Shown here: positions 63,319 to 64,000 of the stretch, piece by piece | Layout: each line of letters starts with the position of its first letter | How positions within the stretch are numbered: the stretch's first letter is position 1 | Origin: Phoronis australis | Lineage: Eukaryota > Animalia > Phoronida | Length of the DNA: 64,000 bases | Reading direction: 5' to 3' | Assembly (NCBI GenBank): GCA_002633005.1 | Contig: NMRA01000079.1 | Coordinates: forward strand, 90,397 to 154,396 | Notes under the pieces: model-generated | What the model was told of the DNA's origin: nothing | What the model saw: the letters and a program-made list of their open reading frames with translations, nothing else | Database searches by the model: none | Translations under genes and position numbers: made by a program

Positions 63319-64000
63319 CTGAAAACAGAAACACATAACTTCAATGTAACATCGCATTTTTACAACTTTACATTATCTCACTTTTTGCTGATAGGTAACA
63401 GAAATGATGTGCGACTGTAGAACAAATAAGTCCCTCAAAGATCACTACTTGATGATTCCAACACTCATAAACTTCTATTTTTTAACCTAAGAATAAAATG
63501 CAAAGTTTTGCGAAACTGCATTTTTAAAAGCCAATCAGATTACGTAGTATAAGAGTTCAAACCTCTTAACAAGTATTAAGTCTTTTTTCTGGCAGCCGAC
63601 AAGCACTTAGCTTTATGATATACCCGGGGTACAGATAGGGATTACAGACATGATCAAGCAGTTGTTAAAAATTACTGAATTTTTGTACTATAATTGTATT
63701 GAGCTTGTTCCTTCGTTTAACGAACAAATGAGGGCAAATTTCCACCAGGTCATATTCCATGATTGGCCAAAATCCATGCACGTACACGTACAGTATACGG
63801 TCACTAAAAATAATTGCACATTCTTCATCATGATGGGCCATTTACCTGTCATGACTCATCATTTCCATCAATCAGAAAGCATTCAGCCATCATAACGTGT
63901 AATTCCCCTAACATTCAGCCAGCATACACTTGTCAAGATGGGGCACTCCAAGTTGTTTTGTCCGATTACTTTTGGTATGCACTATATTATAAACAAACAC

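Overview
Intron-rich, repeat-rich eukaryotic (animal) genomic DNA, probably from a marine invertebrate (inferred from the gene and repeat types), with three assembly gaps. The main feature is a minus-strand gene that I assembled by hand into 23 GT-AG exons (47282 to 12489). Splice phases are fully consistent (9,860 nt, about 3,285 aa plus an unlocated first coding exon). The predicted protein has an N-terminal EMI domain (CCxGY), EGF/Cys-rich modules, about 15 FN3/Ig-like beta-sandwich repeats ending in D-x-[TS]-P-P, a CBM-like insert and a Thr/Ser linker, with no TM or GPI tail. A decayed duplicate of one exon lies beside the functional copy. Also present: a two-exon CD225/dispanin-family gene (5924 to 3923), the last two exons of an unknown coiled-coil/Ser-rich gene (63318 to 61301), and a THAP ORF running into a gap. 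Mobile DNA includes two copies of a 1.1-kb TIR element with 8-bp TSDs, an AcademX-like XPG-transposase relic, pogo-like, CR1/L2 and Penelope fragments, several MITEs and minisatellites. All family assignments come from motif recognition, not database searches.
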